A stretch of DNA of 64,000 nucleotides from contig NC_043024.1 of assembly GCF_006345805.1 (NCBI RefSeq), positions 14,260,001-14,324,000 of the forward strand, in the 5' to 3' direction. The notes under the pieces are model-generated. The model was given only the letters and a program-made list of their open reading frames with translations. It ran no database searches and was not told the DNA's origin. The stretch is from Octopus sinensis (Eukaryota). Shown piece by piece: positions 1 to 14,394 of the stretch. The position numbers and the translations under genes were made by a program. Positions within the stretch are counted from its first letter, which is position 1, and every line of letters begins with the position of its first letter.

Positions 1-477
1 TTCTTGAGCAAAACACTTCATTTCACGTTGCTTCAGTCCACTCAGCTGGCAAAAATGAGTAACGCTGCGATGGACTGGCATCCCATCCAGCTGGGGAACA
101 CATACGCCATAGAAACCGGGAAACCGGGCCCATGAGCCTGGCTAGGCTTTAAAAGAGCACATTTATTTTTTTTATTTAAGATGTAATTTGAAGATTTAGT
201 TGCTATTTCTAGCAAGTCAAGTGACAAAATAGAGGTTCCCTTGTCACTTTAAGGAAGAAATGAAAAGTAGTATAAAACTTGTTCACACCACAGAATTGAT
301 GCATGGTTTATTTTGGCCAGTCTATGGCTGTAGAAAGCTACCACAATGGAGTGATATAGGTTGTAAGAGTGTAGGCCAGAGTAGTAAATAGGGGAAGAGT
401 AGATATTATGGAGGAAGAAAGATCCATTTGTAGCTTAGAAATGTGATTGATGTAAAAGGTGGGAGGTGAGGTTAGCA

Positions 478-1210
478 TTAACCCTTTCGTTACTGTATTT
501 ATTTTGAGATGCTCTGTGTTTCTTTCAATTACTTTAAATATAACAAAGAATTTAGTAAGATAACTTAATTATCATTAAGCTAGTGTTAGGAACATAAATT
601 GTGACTAAGGTTCGGTGGAAGATTTTAATTCAAATCTTATAAAAACAAGACATTTTGTACTCAGAGCCAGAGGCTGTTTCAGCTGGGTTGGTAACGAAAG
701 GGTTAAGAATTGTTTCTCTATTATATATTTTAATCCTTTTGTTACCATATTTCTGTTGAGATGCTCTGTGTTTCTTTCAATTAATTTTAAATATAACAAA
801 GAATTTAGCAAAATAACTTAGTTATCATTCAGCTAGTGTTAGGAACATAAATTGTGACTAAGGTTCGGTGGAAGATTTTAATTTAGAACTTTTGTAAACA
901 AGACATTTGTACTAGAGAACCAGAGGCTGTTTCAGGCAGATTGGTATCAAAAGGGTTAAGAATTGTTTCTCTATTATATATTTTAACCCTTTTGTTACTA
1001 TATTTATTTTTAGATGCTCTGTGTTTCTTTCAATTACTTTAAATATGACAAAGAATTTAGTAAAATAACTTAGTTATCATTCAGCTAGTGTTAGAAACAT
1101 AGATGGTGACTAAGGTTTGGTGGAAGATTTTAATTCAAAACTTATGAAAATAAGACATTTGTACTCAGAGCCAGAGGGGGTTTCAGCCGGGTTGGTATCA
1201 AAAGGGTTAA
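478..1210. mobile_element. Three tandem copies of a ~230-bp piggyBac-like MITE (TTAA-CCCTTT...AAAGGG-TTAA)
   Basis: Units 478-706, 730-959, 983-1210; a solo inverted copy at about 57264-57492. Confidence 0.85.
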
Positions 1211-3295
1211 GAAAGAATGATGGGTAATAGTGGAATGGTTTTGGGTAGTAAGCAGGCTACGTGGTATGAGAGAAAAGCCGAAATGTGCAGATCTGCTTAC
1301 TTATAACTGCAGCAGCAGAATAGTGCAGGTAGGGAGATGACGAGAAAAGAGAATGACTTGAGGAGAAAATGAGGTTGGTAGCAGTTGTGCATATACACAC
1401 CTTGAACTTCCAGGTGGGTGTCATCATCAGCATCATCATCATCATCATCATCATTTAGCGTCCGCTTTCCATGCTTGCATGGGTTGGACGGTTCAACTGG
1501 GGTCTGGGAAGCCGGAAGGCTGCACCAGGCCCAGTCTGATCTAGCAATGTTTCTACGGCTGGATGCCCTTCCTAACGCCAATCACTCCGTGAGTGTAGTG
1601 GGTGCTTTTTATGTGCCACCGGCACAGGTGCCAGACGGGGCTGGCAAACAGCCACGGTCGGATTGTGCTTTTTACGTGCCGCCGGCACAGGGGCCAGGCG
1701 AGGCTGGCAATGGCCACGATCAGATGGTGCTTTTTATGTGCCACTAGCATGGGGGCCAGGCGAGGCTGGCAACGGCCATGATCGGATTGTGCTTTTTACG
1801 TGCCACCAGCACGGAGGCCCGTTGGGGTAGCGCTGGCAACGGCCACATTCAAGCTACTTTCTTGAAAACCATATTTTGCCCGTCATGATTTTGGTCCTTT
1901 GTCATCTCTTGCATGAACTTCATTGTCCTGAGATCAGCCTCCACAGCATCCCATATCTTTCTGGGTCACCATCTTCAACAAGTTCCGTTCACATTAAATG
2001 ATTGGTTCTTTGCACACCCGTATGCATCACATGACCTACCAGCATAAACCTTTTTTTTTATTGCATAGAAATCTAATTCCTCCTATACTCTTTCACCTGT
2101 TTCAGTCATTTGACTGTGGCCATGCTGGAGCACCACCTTTAGTCGAGCAAATTGACTCCAGGACTTATTCTTTGTAAGCCTAGTACTTATTCTATCAGTC
2201 ACTTTTGCCAAACCGCTAAGTTACGGGGACGTAAACACACCAGAATCAGTTGTCAAGCAATGTTGGGGGAAAAAACACAGACACACAAACATATACACAC
2301 ATGTACATATATATACCACTGTGACCGACCAGGCTATCAGATGTTGCTACACATCGCTGGTCACAATGTGCTTCACATTGTTCTAGCCTTCAAATGACTC
2401 CACCCCGCTGGCTAAGCAAGCAGGCCAACAGAAGAAAGAGTGAGAGAAAGTTGTGGTGAAAGAGTACAGCAGGGACCGCCATCACCCCCTACAGGAGCCT
2501 CGTGGAGCTTTAGGTGTTTTCGCTCAATAAACACTCACGGTCTGGGAATCAAAATCGCGATCCTACAACCGCGAGTCAGCTGCTCTAACCACTGGACCAT
2601 TACGCCTCCACATATATACAAAGGGGCTTCTTTCAGTTTCCGTCTACCAAATCCACTCACAAGGCTTTGGTTGGCCTGAGGCTATAGAAGAAGACACTTG
2701 CCCAAGGTGCCATGCAGTGGGACTGAACCCAGAACCATGTAGTTGGTAAGCAAGCTACTTACCACACAGCCACTCCTGCACCTATTCTCAGTTTTTTTCT
2801 CTCAATGCACTTGTATTTCATCATTCATGCACATTTACAGCACACATTCAATGAAGCATGCTAGTTTCAATTCCTTCCAGTCTTCTCAAGTCTTCTGCTT
2901 TCAAGGTTCATGTCTTATCGCCATGCAGTATTGCCTTTCAAGCACAAGCATCAAACAATCTGTCAATCTTTCTGTGGAAAAAAAGACTTTTATTACCAAG
3001 AACAGTAGAAGATACTCGTTTCTATCTTGGCTACCATACTTTCAGAGCAACCACCTCTTCTGCTATCAGCTCCTTCTAGTGAGCGATCTGGGAGTTTAAG
3101 AGTATTTATTATTAGTTTATTATTTATTATAGGCGCAGGAGTGGCTGTGTGGTAAGTAGCTTGCTAACCAACCACATGGTTTCGGGTTCAGTCCCACTGC
3201 ATGGCACCTTGAGCAAGTTTCTTCTACTATAGCCTCAGGCCAACCAAGCCTTGTGAGTGGATTTGGTAGACAGAAACTGATAGAAGCCCGTCATA

Positions 3296-3351
<56 letters not shown>

Positions 3352-4937
3352 TGTGTGTGTTTGTGTGTCTGTGTTTGTCCCCCTAGCATTGCTTGACAAC
3401 CGATGGTGGTGTGTTTACATCCCCGTAACTTAGCGGTTCGGCAAAAGTGACCGATAGAATAAGTACTGGGCTTACAAAAGAATAAGTCCCGGGGTCGAGT
3501 TGCTCGATTAAAGGCAGTGCTCCAGCATGGCCGCAGTCAAATGACTGAAACAAGTAAAAGAGTATAGGAGTAAGAGTAAAGTTATTAACAGAATCCAGCC
3601 ACTTAGCGGTTCAGCAAGAGAGACTGATAGAGTAAGTACTAGGCTTACAAAGAATAAGTCCTAGGGGCGATTCGCTCGACTAAAGGCGGTGCTCCAGCAT
3701 GGCCACAATCAAATGACTGAAACAAATAAAATAAATAAAAAAAATAAAATAGAAAAATCAACCAAGATTTTAGCTTCGAAATTGTCTCCCTTTACACTTG
3801 TCGCAGGGATCCCAGCCTTCAACTTACTAAACTGAACACATTGCTTTCTTTCACAACTGGCTTCACCTCAAAGCTACAGTTACCCATGAACCCTTAACTA
3901 CTATAACAGCCAATATTTTCTTCTTCCAGTTTAAGGACTCCATTTACAAACAAATCCTTGAACTGCTGATGGGGTCAAAATTGTTGGGCCTACTGGCCAT
4001 CACATATATGGACTGTGGAAGCATTCCGTCGGTTATGACGATGAGGGTTCCGGTTGATCAGAATCAACGGGACAGCCTGCTCGTGAAATTAACGTGTAAG
4101 TGGCTGAGCACTCCACAGACACGTGTACCCTTAACGTAGTTCTCGGGGATATTCAGCGTGACACAGAGAGTGACAAGGCCGGCCCCTTGAAACACAGGTA
4201 CAATAGAAACAGGAAGCAAGAGTGAGAGAAAGTTGTGGTGAAAGAGTACAGCAGGGATCACCACCATCCCCTGCTGGAGCCTCGTGGAGCTTTAGGTGTT
4301 TTCGCTCAATAAACACTCAAAAGCCCGGTCTGGGAATCGAAACCGCGATCCTATGACCGCGAGTTCGCTGCCCTAACCACTGGGCCATTGGGCCTCCACG
4401 TATGGACTAGTCAGCATGCTGAGCACTCAACAGCTGTCACTCCTGCACCCTTAGCATTGGATATGAGGATCACATCCTCATATTATTATCATCTCACATA
4501 AAGGCTGTTAAAATATACAATACATTCAGCAATATCAAAAACCACATTACATTGTTATAACTTGTATTGTTTAGAGTGGCTGTGTGGTAAGTAGCTTAGT
4601 GGATTTGGTAGACGGAAACTGAAAGAAGCCCGTCGTATATATTTATATATATATAAGTGTGTGCGTATATGTTTGTGTGTCTGTGTTTATCCTCCTAGCA
4701 TTGCTTGACAACCGATGCTGGTGTGTTTACGTCCCCGTCACTTAGTGGTTCGGCAAAAAGAGACCGATAGAATAAGTACTGGGCTTACAAAGAATAAGTC
4801 TCGAGGTCGATTTGCTCAACTAAAGGCGGTGCTCCAGCATGGCCACAGTCAAATGACTGAAACAAGTAAAAGAGTAAAAGAGTAAGAGTACACTAGCAGA
4901 GATACCCGATGTCGCTTGGAATTAAGATGGTATAGTT

Positions 4938-5025
<88 letters not shown>

Positions 5026-5321
5026 AAAAGAAATGTCAAGATAGAAAATGCCAAAATAATTTTATAAAAAACATTTCAGTACCGGTTTCAGTCATTGAGA
5101 CTTTTTCAACTGTAAGTATGGAAAACAATTAAATTTTGGAAAATTAAAATAAAAATTTTATTGTTTTCCATAATTAAAGTTGAAAAAGTCTCAATGACTG
5201 AAACCAGTACTGAAATGTTTTTTATAAAATTATTTTAGCATTTTCTATCTTGACTTTTTTTCCATATATATCAACTTATATTTTCCTTTTCAACTCTCTC
5301 TCTCTCTTTCTCTCTCTCTCT

Positions 5322-5361
<40 letters not shown>

Positions 5362-5363
<2 letters not shown>

Positions 5364-5666
5364 TAGCAGTATCGCTCGGCGTTGCTCGGGTTGTAAGGGA
5401 AATAACTATATAAGCATTTTTAGAGAGTTACTTCCCTTATTTAAACTGAGCAAAAAATGCATTAAAAAAACGAAAAAATGATGGTAAATTTTTTTAAAAT
5501 CGTAAACTCATCGTAGACGTGCGCTAATACCCAGAAGGGCTTGATATGAATCACGACTATAAGATACCCGCTTTTGGTTAAACTGCACCACAAAATGTGG
5601 GAGTAGTTAGGAATCTAAATCGGAGTAAACAGACTCTCACACAACTTCAGTTTTATATATAAAGAT
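5362..5666 (+). mobile_element. Non-autonomous Helitron/Lep1-like element (others: 62695-63081 +, 38280-38719 +, 61654-61925 -)
   Basis: 5' ACTAGCAGTATCGCYCRGCGTTGCTCGGG, 3' (CAGA)n..CAGTTTTATATA(TAA)AGAT; no TIR or TSD. Confidence 0.6.
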
Positions 5667-6894
5667 ATGTATGTATGTATGTATTAGTATTATGTTGAAA
5701 GAGGTGAAACAGGAAAGTGTAGCATTGATGACAAAATATTTGTGGAGTAAATGATGGGCTGATTTGACTAAGCAACTTGACATTCGTCTGTTTGGAGTAT
5801 TCCAGGCCCTAAACAATCATGGGAATTTGGAGGTGATAGGGGTATGTGATTTTTGAACACACCGAAAAGCTGTCAGTGGATATACTTTCCTTTGAGGCTG
5901 TTGGTGCTGCATCTAACAAAACCCATTGTCTGAAGTTTTGACACCTCCTGAGGGTTTGTTACCCTACATCACTCCTAAAGTAAATTTGGAAATACTGCGG
6001 TTGTTCGTTTGTGAGTAACAGGGAAGCAATGAGGGGACAGACTTGCCCTTGTACTTTGATTGCCGGTGTAAAACCACGTTCACCGATCTCCTTAGATGCA
6101 CCAAACGATGCCAGAGTTATATTTGTCTGATATTACTCTTTTACTCTTTTACTTGTTTCAGTCATTTGACTGCAGCCATGCTGGAGCACCGCCTTTAGTC
6201 GAGCAAATCGACCCCGGGACTTATTCTTTGTAAGCCCAGTACTTATTCTATCAGTCTCTTTTGCCGAATCGCTAAGTGACGGGAACGTGAACACACCAGC
6301 ATCGGTTGTCAAGCAATGCTAGGGGGACAAACACAGACACACAAACATATACACACACACTTATATATATATACATATATACGACAGGCTTCTTTCAGTT
6401 TCCGTCTACCAAATCCACTCACAAGGCATTGGTAAAAGAGAGTAAAAGAATATAGAAGAAATTATGCAGTGATCTGTATTATTGTAAGCAGTTATATGTA
6501 TGTAGTATGTCTGTTTTTGTATGCAGTATAAATTAACCAAATAGAAGCACATGTAGAAACTGCTAATTTAATGGAAAATTTGCAATTGCTGTGGTAATTA
6601 TTACACCGACACACCATTCCACTGGTGTGGCTGTAAAATTGAAAATTGCCGATGCGTAATGTTGTTCACATTAGGATATAATTAGAATTAAAGTGAAAGA
6701 ATAAAATTGAGACAATATTATATCACATTACAATATAGATATTATTTTTTCACTTTTGACATGTAATACCGAACCAGTGCCAATGTTGTATTGTTTTAAT
6801 CCAAATGGAAAAAAAAAAGAAAATTACATGTTGACACGGAATCCAATACCATGTAAAATTTGATTTGTTTTGATTTGGTTGGAAAAAATAGCAC

Positions 6895-7245
6895 TGGATA
6901 TTTCACCAAAGGATATACCTATACCCAGTAGGAAGGATTATATAAATGAACATTTGGAAAAGAAAACAACCAATTCTTATGCAGAATGCAGTGGAAAGCT
7001 TTCTTCTTTGACAGGAAAATTAAATCAAATGATAAAGCTGAAGATGGAGACCTACTAAGAAAAGTGTTCAAATCCAGGAAAAACCCACTGACTAACCAAA
7101 GAATTATATAGAATGGTTAAGAATGGGAAGTTCAGGAAATACCCTGGAAAATACAATAAACATCAGCAGAAAATTAGAAAATTATTTGATGACTTCATGA
7201 AAGGCCCAGCGATACTTGTACCAGCGGAAAAAAAACAAGTAACAT
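6895..7245 (+). mobile_element. Decayed Penelope-like element, region N-terminal to RT
   Basis: Across frameshifts: KDIPIPSRKDY / FLCRMQWKAFFF / VFKSRKNP / VKNGKFRK / ILVPAEK-TSNIY, matching recalled PLE motifs (KNIPIPS, RMRWKAFFF, LVxADKT). Confidence 0.7.
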
Positions 7246-7476
7246 TTACATTACTTTTTTACTTGTTTCAGTCATTTGACTGTGGCCATGCTGGAGCACT
7301 GCCTTTAGTCGCGCAAATCGACCCCAGGACTTATTCTTTGTAAGCCTAGTACTTATTCTATCGGTCTCTTTTTGCCGAACCGCTATGTTACGAGGACGTA
7401 AACACACCAGCATCGGTTGTCAAGCGTTGATGGGGGAGGGGTACAAACACAGACACACAAACATATGCACACACAT

Positions 7477-7519
<43 letters not shown>

Positions 7520-8106
7520 TACGATGGGCTTCTTTCAGATTTCCATCTACCAAATCCACTCACAAGGCTTTGGTTGGCCCGAGGCTATAGTAGAGACACT
7601 TGCCCGGAACCATGTGGTTGGTAAGCAAGCTACTTACCACACAGCCACTCCTATGCCTATACTTATTGAACAATTGTCAAGGTATTTGCCTTTATGTAGA
7701 GGTGTTCTTTCTCAGAATGAAAGTTATCATGTTATACCTCCCTTTACTGCAACTCCATTGCTACTAACTGCCTGAACAAAAAACTGCAAGAATGGAAACT
7801 AAATAAATCCTTGCATCTCAGCAAGGCCTTAAACCTTCAAGATTACTCTGTCAAATGAAATGCTTATATATTCACATTGTTTTGAATTAATCATGGCTTA
7901 TCTTGTAGCTTTGACATTTTGATATGATTGTTTATCTTTAGAATGACATTGTAGGGTAGGTGTAAGAGGCTAGACCTGATCAGTTTGGACATAAAGCAAG
8001 TAGAATATTTGGACTGGATATTGCCAGATTAAACACTGAGGGGTTAAGAGAGCTTACTTCTGCATCAAGGCATTCAATAGCACCTTAATCTACCCATTTT
8101 AAATTA

Positions 8107-8630
8107 CCGTAAATCCTCGAGTATAATCCGTATTTTTTTCCCAAAATTTAAAGATCAAAATCCCTCATGTGTACTATATACGAGGTTAAAAACGAAACAT
8201 ATTTTCTAAGCAATGTCCAAGTCTCTATTTGCTGTCTGGTAATGTTTATTCAGACACATTTTGTGATGTCGGGCGCGAAAATACCTTAAGCTAAGCCTTT
8301 AAGCAATGAAGTCATAAAAGAATCATCCATAACTTGCAGTAAACAACATTTATTAAAATAGAAGTATTCAGAACACAGAATAACATGTAACAAAAACAAT
8401 TTGCAAACATATTTACATTCCCATATAACAGTTAAGAACATCACCATTATTGTATTACGCATGCGTGGAAGTGTTTGTTTGACTAGGTGCTGCTGGCTTA
8501 ATTACGCACGACTCAAGTTAGAGAAGGATTGTGTATTATACACAAGGTTTAGGTCTTTCAGAGGTACAGGCCCCTAAAAATCCCCTGCGTATTATATACT
8601 CAAGGGTGGGCTACACTCGGAGATTTACAG
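8107..8630. mobile_element. pogo/Tc2-like non-autonomous DNA element, TA TSD (second copy 16112-16622)
   Basis: TA-CCGTAAATCCTCGAGTATAATCC ... ACTCGGAGATTTACAG-TA; two similar ~520-bp copies. Confidence 0.75.
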
Positions 8631-11600
8631 TAAGGAAAAAAAAAAATATAAAATTCTAAATCAAGATAAGTATTCTTTCTTTCTTTTACTTGTTTCAGTC
8701 ATGTGACTGCGGCCATGCTGGAGCACCGCCTTTAGTCGAGCAAATCGACCCCGGGACTTATTCTTTGTAAGCCCAGTACTTATTCTATTGGTCTCTTTTG
8801 CCGAACCGCTAAGTGACGGGGACGTAAACACACCGGCATCGGTTGTCAAGCAATGCTAGGGGGACAAACACACAAACACACACACATACACACACACATA
8901 TATATATATATACATATATACGACAGGCTTCTTTCAGTTTCCATCTACCAAATCCACTCACAAGGCATTGGTCGGCCCGGGGCTATAGCAGAAGACACTT
9001 GCCCAAGATGCCACGCAGTGGGACTGAATCCGGAGCCATGTGGTTGGTTAGCAAGCTACTTACCATACAGCCACTCCTGCGCCTATTACTCTTTTTACTC
9101 TCTTTTACTTGTTTCAGTCATTTGACTGCGGCCATGCTGGAGCACCACCTTTAGTACTTATTCTATCGGTCTCTTTTTGCCGAACCGCTAAGTAACGGGG
9201 ACATAAACACACTAGCATCGGTTGTCAAGCAATGCTAGGGGGATAAACACAGACACACACATATACATATTTATACATATATACGACAGGCTTCTTTCAG
9301 TTTCCGTCTACCAAATCCACTCACAAGGCATTGGTCGGCCCGGGGCTATAGCAGAAGACACTTGCCCAAGATGCCACGCAGTGGGACTGAACCCGGAGCC
9401 ATGTGGTTGGTTAGCAAGCTACTTACCACACAGCCACTCCTCCGCCTATAAGCCACTCCTGCGCCTATTGTTTATAAAATGAGAAAAAGAAACAGACCCC
9501 AAAATTTAATTTGCTATTAACACACTTTTAAAATAAACACTGAAAATGATTTACAGTAAAAATGAAGTTCACTTGATTTCATTACAAACTTTACTTGACA
9601 CAAACTTTTTACTTTTACCGGTCATTACTAACTTTTTACTTTTCACAAACTCTATAAAATGCATGTGTAAATACTTAAAACATTTAGATATTTACTTACC
9701 CCTTTTACAAATCCTACTCTGGTTTTTCCTTTAAAAGAATCGATAAGCTATGGATCTTTCTATAATTTAAAAAAAGCTATTTTTTCTAAGTTTATATATT
9801 TTTTAATGTTAAGCAATTTGTGTGATAATCGGCAAAAGAAACCATTTAAATGCTAAACACCTTTGAAATATGAGCTATGATTACACTTAAGAATTGATTT
9901 ATGCATCCAGAAATGGGTAATATTAAGGTTGTGTGAGGGCGCGTGGCTTAGTGGTTAGGGCATTCGGCTCGTGATCGTAAGGTTGTGAGTTCGATTCCCG
10001 GCGACGCGTTGTGTCCTTGAGCAAGACACTTTATTTCACGTTGCTCCAGTCCACTCAGCTGGCAAAAATGAGTTGTACTTGTATTTCAAAGGGTCAGCCT
10101 TGTCACTCTCTGTGTCACGCTGATTATCCCCGAGAACTACGTTAAGGGTACATGTGTCTGTGGAATGCTCAGCCATTTGCACGTTAATTTCACGAGCAAG
10201 CTGTTCCGTTGATCGTATCAGCTGGGATCCTCGTCATCGTAACCGGCGGAGTCTTTAAAAATATTAAGGTTAAACTTTGACCTTCAAATATTCACAGATG
10301 CACACTTCCTCAAACTTTTGTGTAATTTCTTGTTAGAGGTGTTATACAATAAAGTGTAAGCTCCGAGTATGGCTTTCATTCTTAGTGTAATCAATCACAC
10401 TTCAGACATGTTGTTCATGATTTAGAAAAAAGCATGGATGTCATATCTTTCCTTTTCATTCTCTTTAATTATGTTTTATCTTTTACTTGTTTCGAACTGG
10501 GATACCTATTTCTTTACTACCCACTAGAGGCTAAACACAGAGGGGACAAACAAAGACAGACATAGGTATTAAGTCGATTGCATCGACCCCAGTGCGTAAC
10601 TGGTACTTAATTTATCGACCCCGAAAAAATGAAAGGTACAGTCGACCTCGGTGGAATTTGAACTCACAACGTAACAGCAGACGAAATACCTATTTCTTTA
10701 CTACCCACAAGAGGCTAAACACAGAGGGGAAAAACAAAGACAGACATAGGTATTAAGTCGATTGCATCGACCCCAGTGCGTAACTGGTACTTAATTTATC
10801 GACCCCGAAAGGATGAAAGGCAAAGTTGACCTCGGCGGAATTTGAACTCAGAACGTAACGGCAGACGAAATACCTATTTCTTTACTACCCACAAGAGGCT
10901 AAACACAGAGGGGACAAACAAAGACAGACATAGGTATTAAGTCGATTGCATCGACCCCAGTGCGTAACTGGTACTTAATTTATCAACCCTGAAAGGATGA
11001 AAGGCAAAGTTGACCTTGACGGAATTTGAACTCACAACATAATGACAGATGAAATACCGCTAGGCAATACGCCCGCCGTGCTAACGTTTCTGCCAGCCCG
11101 CCGCCTTCTTGTTTAAAACTGAGGGGTTTTAGTTAAACAAATCTGTTAACCTAACGAAAATTCCATCTAAATACAACCGGGATAATCCACAGCAATTTTT
11201 TGTCCACCTCTGGAGTGGAGGATAAATAAATCTAGCTTGCTTGCTACATTCAGATTGTAAACCACAACATGCCTTATCTCTTAGCCATCACCCTCACTGG
11301 TGCTCATGGCCAGGACTGTAAATTTATCGTTCAGAACAAGAAAAATCAAATTTACCTTTAAATCCAGGGCCCTTCGAAATCAGTACCTTTATGACATCAT
11401 CATCGTCATCATCATCATTTAGCATCCGCTTTCCATGCTAGCATGGGTTGGACGGTTCAACTGTGGTCTGGGAAGCCAGAAGGCTGCACCAGGCCCAGTC
11501 TGATCTGGCAGTGTTTCGACGGCTGGATGCCCTTCCTAATGCCAACCACTTCGTGAGTGTAGTGGACGCTTTTTATGTGCCACTGACACAGGTGCCAGAC

Positions 11601-14394
11601 GAGGCTGGCAAACGGCCACGGTCGGATGGTGCTTTTATGTGCCACCAGCACAGGTGCCAGACGAGGCTGGCGAACGGCCACGATCGGATGGTGCTTTTAC
11701 GTGCCAGGCGAGGCTGGCAACGGCCACGAACGGATGGTGCTTTTTATGTGTCACCGGCACAGGGCCAGGCGAGGCTGGCAACGGCCACGAACGGATGGTG
11801 CTTTTTACGTGCCACCGGGATTTAATTTGATCAAGGAAGTGAATGCCATGCAGTCATTCAGAAAAGGAACAAAGGATTTCGTATGGGAAATACTGGCCTT
11901 CCTAATTAGTACCACATCCAGGCATAGTAACCCTGAAGATATTGAGTAACCCTGAAGATGTTGAGGGGGTGCTGAAAAATTCCTGGCTTTGGGTAAAAGA
12001 AAATACAGGAAAGTCAGTTGATTACTCTTACTCTTTTACTTGTTTCAGTCATTTGACTGTGGCCATGCTGGAGCACTGCCTTTAGTCGAGTAAATCGACC
12101 CCAGGACTTATTCTTGTAAGCCTAGTACTTATTCTATCGGTCTCTTTTGCCGAACCGCTAATTTATAGGGACGTAAACACACCAGCATCAGTTGTCAAAC
12201 GATGTTGGGGGGGACAAACACAAACACATAAACACATATATATATACATATACTTGACAGGCTTCTTTCAGTTTCCATCTACCAAATCTGCTCACAAGGC
12301 TTTGGTCGGTCTGAGGCTATAGTAGAAGACACGTGCCCAAGGTGCCATGTAGTTGGACTGAACCCAGAACCATGTGGTTGGTTAGCAAGCTACTTACCAC
12401 ACAGCCACTCCTGCACCTGTATGTTCTGGTAGAAATCTGTTTTATTTAGATTAAAATTTATAGCTTTCTTGGGAAGGACCAATCTATTACCGAAGGAGCG
12501 AAAGAGATGCAGAAAGGAATCAAGGGGGAATTGGCTTATGTTGATAGCTTGATCTTAAATGAGGTATAAATAAGAAAGAACAATTTAGCTTTTGGATGGA
12601 ACAACTAAATGAAATTCTATGATAATGTACCACAAGGAATGCCTGAGGGCACTTGAGCACTTGGGGTCAATGACAAGATTAAATGTTTGAAGGACTGTTA
12701 TGCATTTTTTCCTGTCTTCTTCTATCATCAAAGACCTTCCTGTTATGGCAATTCTATGTTTTAATAGTTAGTTTATGGAAAATTTGGCTGTGTGGTAAGT
12801 AGCTTGCTTATCAGCCACATGGTTCCGGGTTCAGTCCCACTGCATGGCACCTTGGGCAAGTGTCTTCTACTATAGCCTCAGGTTGACCAAAGCCTTGTGA
12901 GAGGATTTGGTAGACGGAAACTGAAAGAAGCCCATCATATATATGTATATATATATGTGTGTGTGTGTGTGTGTATGTGTGTGTGTATGTGTGTCTGTGT
13001 TTGTCCCCCTAGCATTGCTTGACAACTGATGCTGGTGTGTTTACATCACTGTAACTTAGCGGTTTGGCAAAAGAGACCGATAGAATAAGTACTAGGCTTA
13101 CAATGAATAAGTCCTGGGGTTGATTTGCTCAACTAAAGGCAGTGCTCCAGCATGGCCACAGTCAAATGACTGAAACAAGTAAAAGAGTAAAGAGTTATGC
13201 ATCTCATCCCCAAGAAGATAACTATTCCAGAACTGCTGAGATGGATCTTTCAGAAAAAAAGATGTGGGGGAAGAGAGAGTGGGTAAGAGAGAGACAGAGA
13301 AAAAGAAGGCAGGAAAGAAGGTGAGAGAGAAACGGAGAAGGCAGAAAGCACTAAGAATTTTGGTAAGGGTAGGAGATAGCTCAAGAGGCGCACTATTTGT
13401 GGGTGGTAAAAAAACCCGATTGTCTGTAAATTGTATGTTATGTTTGACAAAAATTTTACAATTTTAGGCAAATGTGTCAAAATACACAAACCACCAGAAA
13501 CTACAATAATCCATGTGGAGAGGTACATCTGTTACAAATTGGAAAACCTCTGCAAACATTAGACTTCATTTTCTTAATCTTTTGAAATCAAATCTAATTT
13601 TTCTTCTTTTCCTTTAAATCAATAATCTACAATAGCCTCCAAGAGTCTCTGACTTAGTTATTGTTTATATATTTTATACCGAAATTTTAGTGCAATAACT
13701 AAACAGGCGCAGGAGTGGCTGTGTGGTAAGTAGCTTGCTTACCAACCACATGGTTCCAGGTTCAGTCCCACTGCATGGTGCCTTGGGCAAGTGTCTTCTA
13801 CTATAGCCTTCAGTCGACCAAAGCCTTGAGAGTGGATTTGGTAGATGGAAACTGAAAGAAGCCCATCATATATATGTATATGTATATATATGTGTGTGTA
13901 TGTTTGTGTCTGTGTTTGTCCCCCCTCCCTAACATCGCTTGGCAACTGATGCTGATGTGTTCACCTCCCTGTAACTTAGTGGTTCGACGAAAAGAGACTG
14001 ATAGAATAAGTACTAGGCTTACAAAGAATAAGTCCTGGGGTCGATTTGCCCGACTAAAGGTGGTGCTCCAGCATGGCCACAGTCAATTGACTGAAACGAG
14101 TAAAAGAGTAAAAGAATAGGAAATATGAAAAAGATGACCCCTTTAGCATTTGATCTTGCCATGTCTGGCTAAAATATTCTATCCATTTTACATTCTAATT
14201 GGCCATTTCCAGCTTCTCACACATACCCTATATCATTCTAAAAATAATTGCATCATTGAAATCTCAAAACTACAAGCTAATGCTTAAATAATTCAAAATC
14301 ATCATCATCATCATCATTTAACATCTGTTGGATGATTGGAACTAGGTAAGCTGAGGGGCTGCCCCAGACCCCAATCTCATTTGGCTTGTTTTCT

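Noticed and set aside
8843-9482. Recurrent ORFs such as MLGGQTQT.., MSSNARGT.., MTTDAGVF..
   Set aside because: Chance frames through SINE A copies; no protein-family motifs.
11266-11360. MPYLLAITLTGAHGQDC.. as possible signal-peptide first exon
   Set aside because: Short, with no convincing phase-2 donor to join 20359; first exon left unassigned.
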